Source of the DNA: a candidate division CPR2 bacterium GW2011_GWC2_39_35
GTDB taxonomy: Bacteria; Patescibacteriota; CPR2
Direction: 5' to 3'
DNA: 64,000 nucleotides
NCBI GenBank assembly: GCA_000995065.1
Contig: LBWX01000003.1
Location: 153,284-217,283, forward strand
The stretch's first letter is position 1; every line of letters begins with the position of its first letter. Below are positions 38,448 through 46,577 of this stretch, piece after piece. The notes under the pieces are model-generated. The model saw only the letters and a list, made by a program, of their open reading frames with translations, was not told where the DNA came from and did not search any database. A program made the position numbers and the translations under genes.

Positions 38448-41357
38448 TTAATTCTCTTTAAGCCAATCGTTATAAATGTCCCTTAAGGTCACATAAATAA
38501 CCGGGCCCAAATCCTTTTCGTACTTAAACTGATCAACATGGTTAAAGACCTCGTTTACCTTATCCTGCTCGGCACGGTTAAACCAATGCGGATGAGAAAG
38601 ATAAGTCACTTGTTTTTTATCTGTTAAGATTCCCCCCTTATAGTTTTCATCAAAACGGCTTATCATGTCTTTGGCCGAAAACCAATAAGAATCAGCCCCG
38701 TTATTCGGAACTTCCCAAACATCTAAAGCATCGTCAGATGTTTTATTTTGATCCGTTCTAGACGGCTTATAAGGCGCAGCTGTTTTAGACAAATTCCAAG
38801 GCCCCTTCTCGCTATAAAAGCTGTAAGATGTTCTCCCCGAACTATCCAACTTGATTCCTACTTTTTCTAATGACTTTAGAGTTTCTTCGTTAGCAAACCA
38901 GCCGCCAGCTCTAAAAGAGACTGGTTTCAAGAGACCTTTTTTCTCAAACCACCAAAGCGCTCGCTCCAAGATTTTAACCATCTCGGCTTCGTTGTAATTA
39001 GACGTAAGGGAACCGTAACCGTCACCACTGTCACCCCAATTTGGAGAATTTTTCGGTACCACTCCCGCATCTTTTATAAAATCATAATACATATGAAGAT
39101 GCAGTCCGACTTCCTCATCCTTAACCTTTTCTCTTTGTTTTACCCAATCGGTCAGATAATCCTGCCGATCCTGAGGCATAGACGAAACATAAATTCTTGG
39201 ATTAAAAAGATGGGTCATTGATAATCCGTGGTTATCGGCAATATTGGCCATAGCATTTAAATACACTTGGGAAACATCAATACCTTCCCAATCCTGAGTC
39301 CAAGTAACGTATAACGGATAAGAAACATAAAAACCATGTTTTTGACTTTTGTAGGTCTGGCCTCCGTCCTTAATAGTAGCCTGAATTTGATATTGGCCAG
39401 GTTTTAGGTCGCCAACATCAATAACGCCTTCCAAGATGTTGGCATCGCTCTTTTCTAAGCTTCCTTCTATCTCTGTTTTTAAAACCTCTACTTTTGTCTG
39501 AGGATCGGTAAGTTCGCTTGCCGTTTTTACCGAAACATTTAGAGTGCTGACGCCCGCAACTTTATCCGATTTTAAAATCCACAACCGATCGGTTTCAAGA
39601 ATTGTTGGATAGTGAGCCTCGTCGCCAACCGCAGTTTCGTAACCATAACGCCATTCACCCGCCATATTGCTGGCTGGTACATCTTTTGAAACCGCATTGC
39701 CGTAATAAAGATAAAGGTCTTTTATCTCTTGGCCGGCCGGAATGGATTTCGGATTCTTAAATTTTATGGTCGTATTACTTAAATTCCAACCATTTTGAAG
39801 GGAAAATTCAGCCTCCTCAAAGCTTCCGCCATTCCAAAACACAATACGAACATCTTTCCCGTTAGGCAAAGATTTTTTTTCTTTTACTAATTTTTGATGA
39901 TCAAGCGAAAATTTTAGGATTTGCCCTTTTGTAATGTCGCTAAAAGATTCTTTGTTTTTTACTATAAGCGGCCGATTAAAGGCATATTCGTCGCTCCACC
40001 AACCTGTAATTTGAGCCGACTTAACAGACTCCCTAACCTCTTCCATCGCACTAGGTACAACCATAAAAGAAACGAGTAATAAAATAAGAGATGCAAATAG
40101 AGCGTGCCTTTTTTTAATGAGGCGTTTTTTCTTTAGCGAACCATCCGACTTTAGAAAAAAGAAATTTTTTAAGTGTTTTATCTCTAACTTTGACTCTTTA
40201 TAAACCTCTTCACCAAGCCTATAGATAGCCTCGCTTTTTACTGCATCTTCCTGGTCTTCGCGAGAACCTTTTATAAAGTTTAAGGTGAATTTAAAGTTAA
40301 ATGGAATAAAAGTAGCGAGGGCCAGAGACAAAACAATCGTTAGAGCAAAAAGAAAAATAAATATTACAACCGAGCCAACCTTTGTGCCACCCGACATCTC
40401 ATATAATTGCAACAAAAAAATATGGGTCCAAAATAAAGCATAAGAATTTTGACCCAAGACCAAAAGAAAGTCACGAAGAATCGGAATTTTTTTTAATTGT
40501 GCGGTTTTATATAACAAAACGCTTGCAAAAAAAGTAAACAAAATACCGGTCAGCAAGAATGGAATTGAAGGCGGCCATCTTAGCGAGAAAAGACTTAGAT
40601 TCTTGGTAAGCCCAAAACTTAAGACAGCAATTGCCGCGGCTAGCAATCCAAAAAAAACTAAAAACTTTTTTAAAATCTGTTCTTTTTTAGAGAGAATATC
40701 AGCTGTTATCAATCTGTAGCCCCAGCTGATTCCTAAAATAAAAATAGGGAAATATTGAAAGATTGGGAAACGGTAATAACCGGGATGACCGACAAAAAAC
40801 GCTTTCCACGGCACTAAAAACTGAAACATCGGCAGCCTAAAAAGCGTGGTGCCTGCGAAATAAAAACAAGCCGAAATGGCAAACGCTAAAGGAATGGATC
40901 TCGCCATTTCTTTAAAATATTTGGGGAAAAAAGCGATGAGAAACGAGAATAGTATGAACGGCGGAATGTATTCCGTGTAAGAAGGAAGGGTTCTAAAAGT
41001 TAATATATTTAAAATAACTCCCCACTTCCAAAGACCATAAGAAGTTAGGATTTGTCCGGCCATTACAAAAAAAGCTAAAACATAATAGGAGACCAGAAGC
41101 ATTGTAAGCCTTTTTATAATGCGCTTCTTATCTAGATGCCAGCTTTCTTCATCTCTAAAATAAACAATATAAGAAACCGCGCCCGAGATTAAAAGAAAGG
41201 CCACAAAGCAAACAGTATTGCCAATTTTTTCTAAGGAAAGTAAAAATGGGCTTGTTGAATTATGAAAAAAATACACGGTATGAGCTAGAATCATTAATAG
41301 AACCGCTATCCCCCTTAGCAAGTCAAACAGAAAAAACCTTCTACCAGATTGGCTCAT
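38448..41357 (-). CDS. acyltransferase-3 (OafA-like) polytopic membrane domain fused to large extracytoplasmic C-terminal domain (possible carbohydrate esterase/deacetylase-like)
   Basis: 969 aa; N-terminal FDLLRGIAVLLMILAH signature of acyltransferase family 3, ~11 TM, ~530-aa C-terminal soluble domain with HLHMYYD / RAGGWF / HPHWF blocks. Confidence 0.55.
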   Translation of the reverse strand: MSQSGRRFFLFDLLRGIAVLLMILAHTVYFFHNSTSPFLLSLEKIGNTVCFVAFLLISGAVSYIVYFRDEESWHLDKKRIIKRLTMLLVSYYVLAFFVMAGQILTSYGLWKWGVILNILTFRTLPSYTEYIPPFILFSFLIAFFPKYFKEMARSIPLAFAISACFYFAGTTLFRLPMFQFLVPWKAFFVGHPGYYRFPIFQYFPIFILGISWGYRLITADILSKKEQILKKFLVFFGLLAAAIAVLSFGLTKNLSLFSLRWPPSIPFLLTGILFTFFASVLLYKTAQLKKIPILRDFLLVLGQNSYALFWTHIFLLQLYEMSGGTKVGSVVIFIFLFALTIVLSLALATFIPFNFKFTLNFIKGSREDQEDAVKSEAIYRLGEEVYKESKLEIKHLKNFFFLKSDGSLKKKRLIKKRHALFASLILLLVSFMVVPSAMEEVRESVKSAQITGWWSDEYAFNRPLIVKNKESFSDITKGQILKFSLDHQKLVKEKKSLPNGKDVRIVFWNGGSFEEAEFSLQNGWNLSNTTIKFKNPKSIPAGQEIKDLYLYYGNAVSKDVPASNMAGEWRYGYETAVGDEAHYPTILETDRLWILKSDKVAGVSTLNVSVKTASELTDPQTKVEVLKTEIEGSLEKSDANILEGVIDVGDLKPGQYQIQATIKDGGQTYKSQKHGFYVSYPLYVTWTQDWEGIDVSQVYLNAMANIADNHGLSMTHLFNPRIYVSSMPQDRQDYLTDWVKQREKVKDEEVGLHLHMYYDFIKDAGVVPKNSPNWGDSGDGYGSLTSNYNEAEMVKILERALWWFEKKGLLKPVSFRAGGWFANEETLKSLEKVGIKLDSSGRTSYSFYSEKGPWNLSKTAAPYKPSRTDQNKTSDDALDVWEVPNNGADSYWFSAKDMISRFDENYKGGILTDKKQVTYLSHPHWFNRAEQDKVNEVFNHVDQFKYEKDLGPVIYVTLRDIYNDWLKEN

Positions 41358-41421
41358 TTATACTTGCCCTCCTAGCTACGATCATTTATTATTATACACA
41401 TAATCATACAGAAGCGAAACC

Positions 41422-42351
41422 ATGACAACTAACCTAATATCAATAGTCTCCCCCGTTTTTAATGAGCAGGAAGTTATTCAAGATTTTCTAAAAGAAACTC
41501 AAGAAAACTTAAAAAAAGATTCATATGAAATTATTCTTATTGATGACGGTTCCACAGACAATACTCCAGATATTTTAAAAGCCATTGTCGTCCAAAATCC
41601 CAAAATTAAAGCTATCCGCTTTACCCGAAACTTTGGCCAGCAAGCGGCAATCATGGCCGGACTCCGGATGGCCAATGGAAAAGCAATTATCGTGATGGAC
41701 TCTGACCTCCAAGACCCGCCTCAATATATTCCTCAACTAATTAAAAAATGGGAAGAAGGCTACAAAATTGTTTATGCCAAAAGACTTAAAAGGCGCGATT
41801 CTTTTTTAAAAAAATTCACTGCCTCAATTTTTTATAAGCTGCTTCATTTTCTAACCGATACTAAAATGCCAAAAAATACCGGCGATTTTTACCTCTTGGA
41901 CAGAAAAGTGGTAAACGAGCTTAAGCAGCTTCCCGAAAAGTTTCTTTATTTTAGAGGTCTTACAGGCTGGCTCGGATTTAAGCAATCAGAAATCGAAATA
42001 ATTCGACCTAAAAGAATGAAGGGAACAACCGGATATACTCTTAAAAAAATGATGCGCCTAGCAACAGACAGCTTGCTTTCCTTTTCCAATAAGCCCTTAA
42101 GAGCCATCACCTACCTCGGTATGATTGTTTTGATGACTGGCATAGTTTTAGGCTTGGCTCTTTTATTTAAAGCTTCTTTATTTAAAGAACAGACCTTATC
42201 TCCCATATTGCTTGTAACAATCATTATTCTTAGCGGCCTAAACCTCATCTCTTTAGGGATCATCAGCGAATATTTAAGCCGGATTTTTTTCCAAACCCAA
42301 GACCGGCCTCTTTATGTAATCGAAGAAACTTATGGTTTTAAAAAAGAGTAG
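41422..42351 (+). CDS. family 2 glycosyltransferase (polyprenyl-phosphate sugar synthase, DPM1/ArnC-like) with C-terminal TM helices
   Basis: 309 aa; ISIVSPVFNE, IILIDDGSTD, DSDLQD motifs; two C-terminal TM. Confidence 0.8.
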   Translation: MTTNLISIVSPVFNEQEVIQDFLKETQENLKKDSYEIILIDDGSTDNTPDILKAIVVQNPKIKAIRFTRNFGQQAAIMAGLRMANGKAIIVMDSDLQDPPQYIPQLIKKWEEGYKIVYAKRLKRRDSFLKKFTASIFYKLLHFLTDTKMPKNTGDFYLLDRKVVNELKQLPEKFLYFRGLTGWLGFKQSEIEIIRPKRMKGTTGYTLKKMMRLATDSLLSFSNKPLRAITYLGMIVLMTGIVLGLALLFKASLFKEQTLSPILLVTIIILSGLNLISLGIISEYLSRIFFQTQDRPLYVIEETYGFKKE

Positions 42352-43621
42352 AAAAGTTGGTATTATTGGCAGCGGTATCGCCGGCCTTGCTTGCGGCTAT
42401 TTTCTCTTAAAAGAAGGTTTTGAGGTTGTAATCTATGAAAAAGACCAAGAGCTTGGCGGGCTCCTTAAAACGACTACAACCCAAAAGAATGTTAGAATAG
42501 AAAAGTTTTATCATCATTTTTTTAAAACCGACACTGAACTTTTAGAATTAATAAAAGATATTGGACTAAACCCTAAGGTCATCTGGCAAAAAAGCACTGT
42601 TAGCTTTTACCGTAATCATCAATTCTCCAACTTAAATACTCCCCTAGACTTACTAAAACTGCCTTTTATATCTTTTACTTCAAGGTTAAGATTCGGCATC
42701 GCAACCTTAATCCTTAAACACGCTACCAATCTAAACAGATATGAGAGCATGACGGCTAAGGAACTCGTCAGTAGATGTTTTGGTAAAGATATTTGGGACA
42801 AAATTTGGTCTCCTTTGTTTGAAGGCAAGTTTGGAATATATAACGACAAAATTGGCGCCGCCTGGCTCTGGTCAAGAATTAAAACTCGAACTAGTTCCAG
42901 AAGAAACGGCAAAGAAACCCTGGGTTATATTAAAGGAAGCCTTTGGGAACTAGTGAGTGCCCTCAAGGAAAATATTAACAATAAAGGCGGCAAGATAATT
43001 ACCGGCAAAGAAATAAAAAGTATTCGTTCGTTAAAAGATAAGTTGATTATAGGAAACGAAGAGTTTGATTTTATAATAAGCACAATTCCCCTTAACGACT
43101 TCATAAAAATCGCTCCCCTTACTACCAAAGAAAAGGTTAGGCTCGGAGAAATTTCTTACCTCGGAGCTATCTCTACCTTAATCGAGTTAAAATCAAAACA
43201 AACAAATTATTATTGGAACAACGTCTTAGACTCTAAAATTCCCTTTAAAGGCATCATCGAGCACACAAATCTTGTAAGCCCCGAGGAATACAAAAATAGT
43301 CATCTACTCTATCTTAGCCATTATTTACCAAATAATTCTGCCTTCTTTAAGTCTAACGATAAAGAAATTAAAAATACTTATCTTAACTATCTGGAAGAAA
43401 TCATTCCAAACATCCGCAAAGTAGTAATTAGCATCCAAGTATTTAAAGAGAGTAATGCTCAACCGGTAATTTATAGTAATTTTAGACCGCTACATAATTC
43501 CACGTCTTTAAAAAACCTCTTTATGACGAGCATGGCGCATACTTATCCATTCGACCGGGGAATGAATGAAGCCATAAAAGAAGCAAAAAAAGTTGTAAGG
43601 CTAATAAATTCTGATAATTAA
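42332..43621 (+). CDS. FAD/NAD(P)-binding oxidoreductase (amine-oxidase / protoporphyrinogen-oxidase-like fold)
   Basis: 429 aa; N-terminal VGIIGSGIAGLACGYFL ... EKDQELGG dinucleotide-binding motif; overlaps GT2 gene by 20 nt. Confidence 0.65.
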   Translation: MVLKKSRKVGIIGSGIAGLACGYFLLKEGFEVVIYEKDQELGGLLKTTTTQKNVRIEKFYHHFFKTDTELLELIKDIGLNPKVIWQKSTVSFYRNHQFSNLNTPLDLLKLPFISFTSRLRFGIATLILKHATNLNRYESMTAKELVSRCFGKDIWDKIWSPLFEGKFGIYNDKIGAAWLWSRIKTRTSSRRNGKETLGYIKGSLWELVSALKENINNKGGKIITGKEIKSIRSLKDKLIIGNEEFDFIISTIPLNDFIKIAPLTTKEKVRLGEISYLGAISTLIELKSKQTNYYWNNVLDSKIPFKGIIEHTNLVSPEEYKNSHLLYLSHYLPNNSAFFKSNDKEIKNTYLNYLEEIIPNIRKVVISIQVFKESNAQPVIYSNFRPLHNSTSLKNLFMTSMAHTYPFDRGMNEAIKEAKKVVRLINSDN

Positions 43622-43690
43622 GGTGAGGTTGACTGTCTTCTTAATATCCAATATACTGTAAACGTTTACTAGTTAATAAGTGAGGGATCA

Positions 43691-43990
43691 ATGGAAGAAC
43701 AAAACGACCAATTAGAGAAAAAAGGCGGCTTTAAGAAGTATTGGTGGGTTGCCTTATCCGTGTTTTTTGTGGTAATCGGGATTTCGGGCATTATCTATTT
43801 AAGCCTAATGCAGTCCAGCGAAAAGACAGCAAACAAATCTGCCACACCAACTCCGACTCCAACTAAAACCGAGCTTCAGAAAATCGAAGAAGATGAAAAA
43901 GCAATCGATACGGAAATTGCCGGAGTCGAAAAAGATCTAAAAGAAATTAATGAAAGCGAAACATCACTCGATGATGTTCCGGCTATATAG
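43691..43990 (+). CDS. small hypothetical membrane-anchored protein
   Basis: 99 aa; one TM (WWVALSVFFVVIGISGIIYL), TPTPTPT linker. Confidence 0.4.
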   Translation: MEEQNDQLEKKGGFKKYWWVALSVFFVVIGISGIIYLSLMQSSEKTANKSATPTPTPTKTELQKIEEDEKAIDTEIAGVEKDLKEINESETSLDDVPAI

Positions 43991-43999
43991 GAGGATTAT

Positions 44000-44980
44000 A
44001 TGAAAAAAACACTTTATTCATTCCTAGTCTTAGCACTCCTTCTTCCATCAGTAATTTTTGCAAGAGAAGCTAATGGAGAAGAATCAGGGAAAAATACCCC
44101 GACTCCAAGAGTAACTACTACTACCACCGAAGACGAAGATGTAAACGAAACTACTACTACAGCAACCCCGACTCCATCAAAAACAACTACCCCAAAAGTT
44201 ACTCCAAAAACATCAAAAGAAAGCCTGGAAGATTCCCTAAAAGCTTATAAAGAAGCAAGCGAAGCTAAAAAGCTTGAAAAGCTTAAAACTTTCGGCACAA
44301 AAGCGGTTGATAACAGAATCAAAGAGTTAAATAACATCATCTCTCAGATCGAAAAAAATAAGATGTTGGAGAGTGCTGACAAGACAGAACTTAAGACCGA
44401 CATCCAAAAAGAAATCGCAACCCTAGAAGCCCTTAAGGAAGAAATCACCAGCGCAACAGATCTCGAAACCCTAAGAACCTTAATTAAAAAGATCTATACC
44501 GATCACAAAATCTACGCTGTCGTTAAACCAAAACAACTGGCTATTTTAGCAGCTGCAAGAACAAAAGGCGCCGTCAATAAATTAGAAAATTTGGAAAAAA
44601 GGCTAGAAAAACTGATAGATAAAGCAAAAGACGATGGCAAAGACACTACCGCCGTAGAAAGCTATGTTACCGATTTTAAAGCTAAAACCGAACAGGCAAA
44701 AAGCTTAATCGATAAAGCAAAAGCTACTTTTAAATCGATGCCGATAAATGACCCCGCAAAAGCCAAGGTTTTAAGGGAAGAAGGCAAAGGATACCTAACA
44801 CAAGCTAAAGATCTTCTAAAACAAGCAGGCACCGATTTAAAGAAAATTATCGCTGCTTTAAAAACAGAAAAAAAGTCCAGTAATAGTAACACAGACGATG
44901 ACGATGATACTACTCCATCGACAACGCCAACACCATCTGCTACCCCAACCTCAACACCTACTCCAACAACGACCGAATAA
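44000..44980 (+). CDS. secreted coiled-coil protein with Thr/Pro-rich N- and C-terminal linkers
   Basis: 326 aa; signal peptide LLLPSVIFA, TTTTED..TPTPSKTTTPK and C-terminal DDDDDTTPSTTPTPSATPTSTPTPTTTE. Confidence 0.5.
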   Translation: MKKTLYSFLVLALLLPSVIFAREANGEESGKNTPTPRVTTTTTEDEDVNETTTTATPTPSKTTTPKVTPKTSKESLEDSLKAYKEASEAKKLEKLKTFGTKAVDNRIKELNNIISQIEKNKMLESADKTELKTDIQKEIATLEALKEEITSATDLETLRTLIKKIYTDHKIYAVVKPKQLAILAAARTKGAVNKLENLEKRLEKLIDKAKDDGKDTTAVESYVTDFKAKTEQAKSLIDKAKATFKSMPINDPAKAKVLREEGKGYLTQAKDLLKQAGTDLKKIIAALKTEKKSSNSNTDDDDDTTPSTTPTPSATPTSTPTPTTTE

Positions 44981-45002
44981 TGATTGCACTAATAATTCTA
45001 AT

Positions 45003-45031
45003 AAAAACCGCCCAGCAAAGGGCGGTTTTTA
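45003..45031. terminator. rho-independent terminator aaaaaccgccc-agcaaa-gggcggttttt
   Basis: 6-bp GC stem flanked by A5 and T5 tracts. Confidence 0.8.
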
Positions 45032-45094
45032 TTTGCATATCATAAAATAAATTAACCCAATTGCCACCCTTTTCTAAAAGCAATAGAAAGTATC

Positions 45095-45187
45095 TTTTTT
45101 CGTCATTCCCGTGAAAACGGGAATCCGGGAAAGCTTGGGAAGGAATGGGGCATCTGGATTCCCACCTCCGCGGGAATGACGAAAAAG
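45095..45187. repeat. compound palindromic REP/MITE-like element (outer 17-nt perfect inverted arms tttttcgtcattcccg / cgggaatgacgaaaaa with internal hairpins)
   Basis: direct reading; core gtcattcccg / cgggaatgac shared with second copy at 60923-60983. Confidence 0.65.
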
Positions 45188-45286
45188 TGGGTGGTTCAGA
45201 TTTAAGACAGTACAGATTTGAATTTAAGTTTAAGCACTTGATTTTTTTAACCGATAGTTTCATTATATATATAGGAGGTAATTATT

Positions 45287-45793
45287 ATGACGCATATTAA
45301 TTTAATGAAAAAAGAAAGCCAAATTGTAAAAGAAATCGAAAGAATAGAACCAATCCTGCAGTTTACTCTTTTTAATTTTATCTTTATCATTCTTGCCGAA
45401 TTTTTATCCAATCTAATAATTAATTTTACAGCTAGCCTATATTATATGCAGCACGTGAGTAATGTTTTCGCGGACCTTCAAGTAACTCACAAGGAAATAT
45501 TTTCTTTTTCGCTCATTAAATTTTCCATCTTTCTTCTAATAATATACCTGGTAAACCACCAATTAATGAAATATGTTAAATTAAAAATAAACCCGGAACA
45601 ATATGTATTTTCTTTCAGCGGCGTATTATCGGTAATATTTATTACGACAAATTTCAATATGAATCAGGGCGCCATGAAGAACTTTACCGATTTTAGCAGT
45701 GTAATTGCCGTGCTTTCAGTTGTAATCATTACTTTTACCGGAATCCTCCTTTCTCTTCCAAAAAAACCTAGGACAATAAGAAAAGAAGCTTAA
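45287..45793 (+). CDS. hypothetical membrane protein
   Basis: 168 aa; ~4 hydrophobic helices; RBS ggaggt 8 nt upstream. Confidence 0.5.
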   Translation: MTHINLMKKESQIVKEIERIEPILQFTLFNFIFIILAEFLSNLIINFTASLYYMQHVSNVFADLQVTHKEIFSFSLIKFSIFLLIIYLVNHQLMKYVKLKINPEQYVFSFSGVLSVIFITTNFNMNQGAMKNFTDFSSVIAVLSVVIITFTGILLSLPKKPRTIRKEA

Positions 45794-46101
45794 CCAAAGT
45801 TTCTTTCCACCGAGTCTAATATATTATTTAAGACGCCGGCTTCTTTGGCTTTTTTAATAGACGAATAGGTTATTATATCTCCCTTGTTTAAAATCACATT
45901 ATCTCTTTTATCCAAAATAACTCTAGCTACCGGTCTTCCTACTGCCATATTAAGACGCCTGTCTTCTGTCTCCTTTTTTGCTTCCTCTTCTTTTTCTGTG
46001 GTAATCCTTGTTAAAAATTTAAAAAAACGTTCCCAGCCGTCCCTGGTACGTTCAGTAAACTCCTCTACCCTTTCTTCGATACTCGGCTTTCTTATTCTCA
46101 T
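45790..46101 (-). CDS. hypothetical small protein (Lys/Glu-rich N-half, possible PRC-barrel-like C-half)
   Basis: 103 aa ORF convergent with upstream gene. Confidence 0.4.
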   Translation of the reverse strand: MRIRKPSIEERVEEFTERTRDGWERFFKFLTRITTEKEEEAKKETEDRRLNMAVGRPVARVILDKRDNVILNKGDIITYSSIKKAKEAGVLNNILDSVERNFG

Positions 46102-46181
46102 ACTTTATTTATATCCTGTTAGAACCCGGGAACCATTATTTAAACATCCAAAATGATTATGAATATGGTAAAATAAACATT

Positions 46182-46577
46182 ATGGAGGGTATGCTCGCCA
46201 AAAGTTTAATATTGTCTCTTCTTAAATGGTGGTATTTTGAGTCGCCGAAACAATTTTTGACACTTGCCAAAATGATTGCCAGAAAAATAATGGATAGCCT
46301 TTCTATTTCGATTATTTTAAGGACATTCTTTAGCCCTTGGAAGAAAGTCACCTCTTATAAACATAATAATTCACTAGAAGAACGAGTAAGGGCATTGGAA
46401 GACAATGCTGTTTCGAGGCTCGTAGGAGTGGTTATGAGATCGGCAATCTTAATTCTGGCTGCTCTTTTTATAGTTTTTTACATAGTAACATTGATGCTTG
46501 GCTCGATTATTTGGATCATTTTTCCGACCTTGCCGATTGCTTTAGCATTTTATAGCCTGGGATTTATTATCTCATGA
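46182..46577 (+). CDS. hypothetical membrane protein, translationally coupled (ATGA overlap) to Clp-type ATPase gene
   Basis: 131 aa; C-terminal two TM helices; stop overlaps downstream start. Confidence 0.5.
   Translation: MEGMLAKSLILSLLKWWYFESPKQFLTLAKMIARKIMDSLSISIILRTFFSPWKKVTSYKHNNSLEERVRALEDNAVSRLVGVVMRSAILILAALFIVFYIVTLMLGSIIWIIFPTLPIALAFYSLGFIIS

Noticed and set aside
44958-45263. 101-aa minus-strand ORF spanning the terminator and palindromic element
   Set aside because: Its reading frame is created by the REP-like repeat (RFHGNDE-type translation) and covers a rho-independent terminator; no RBS; judged spurious.
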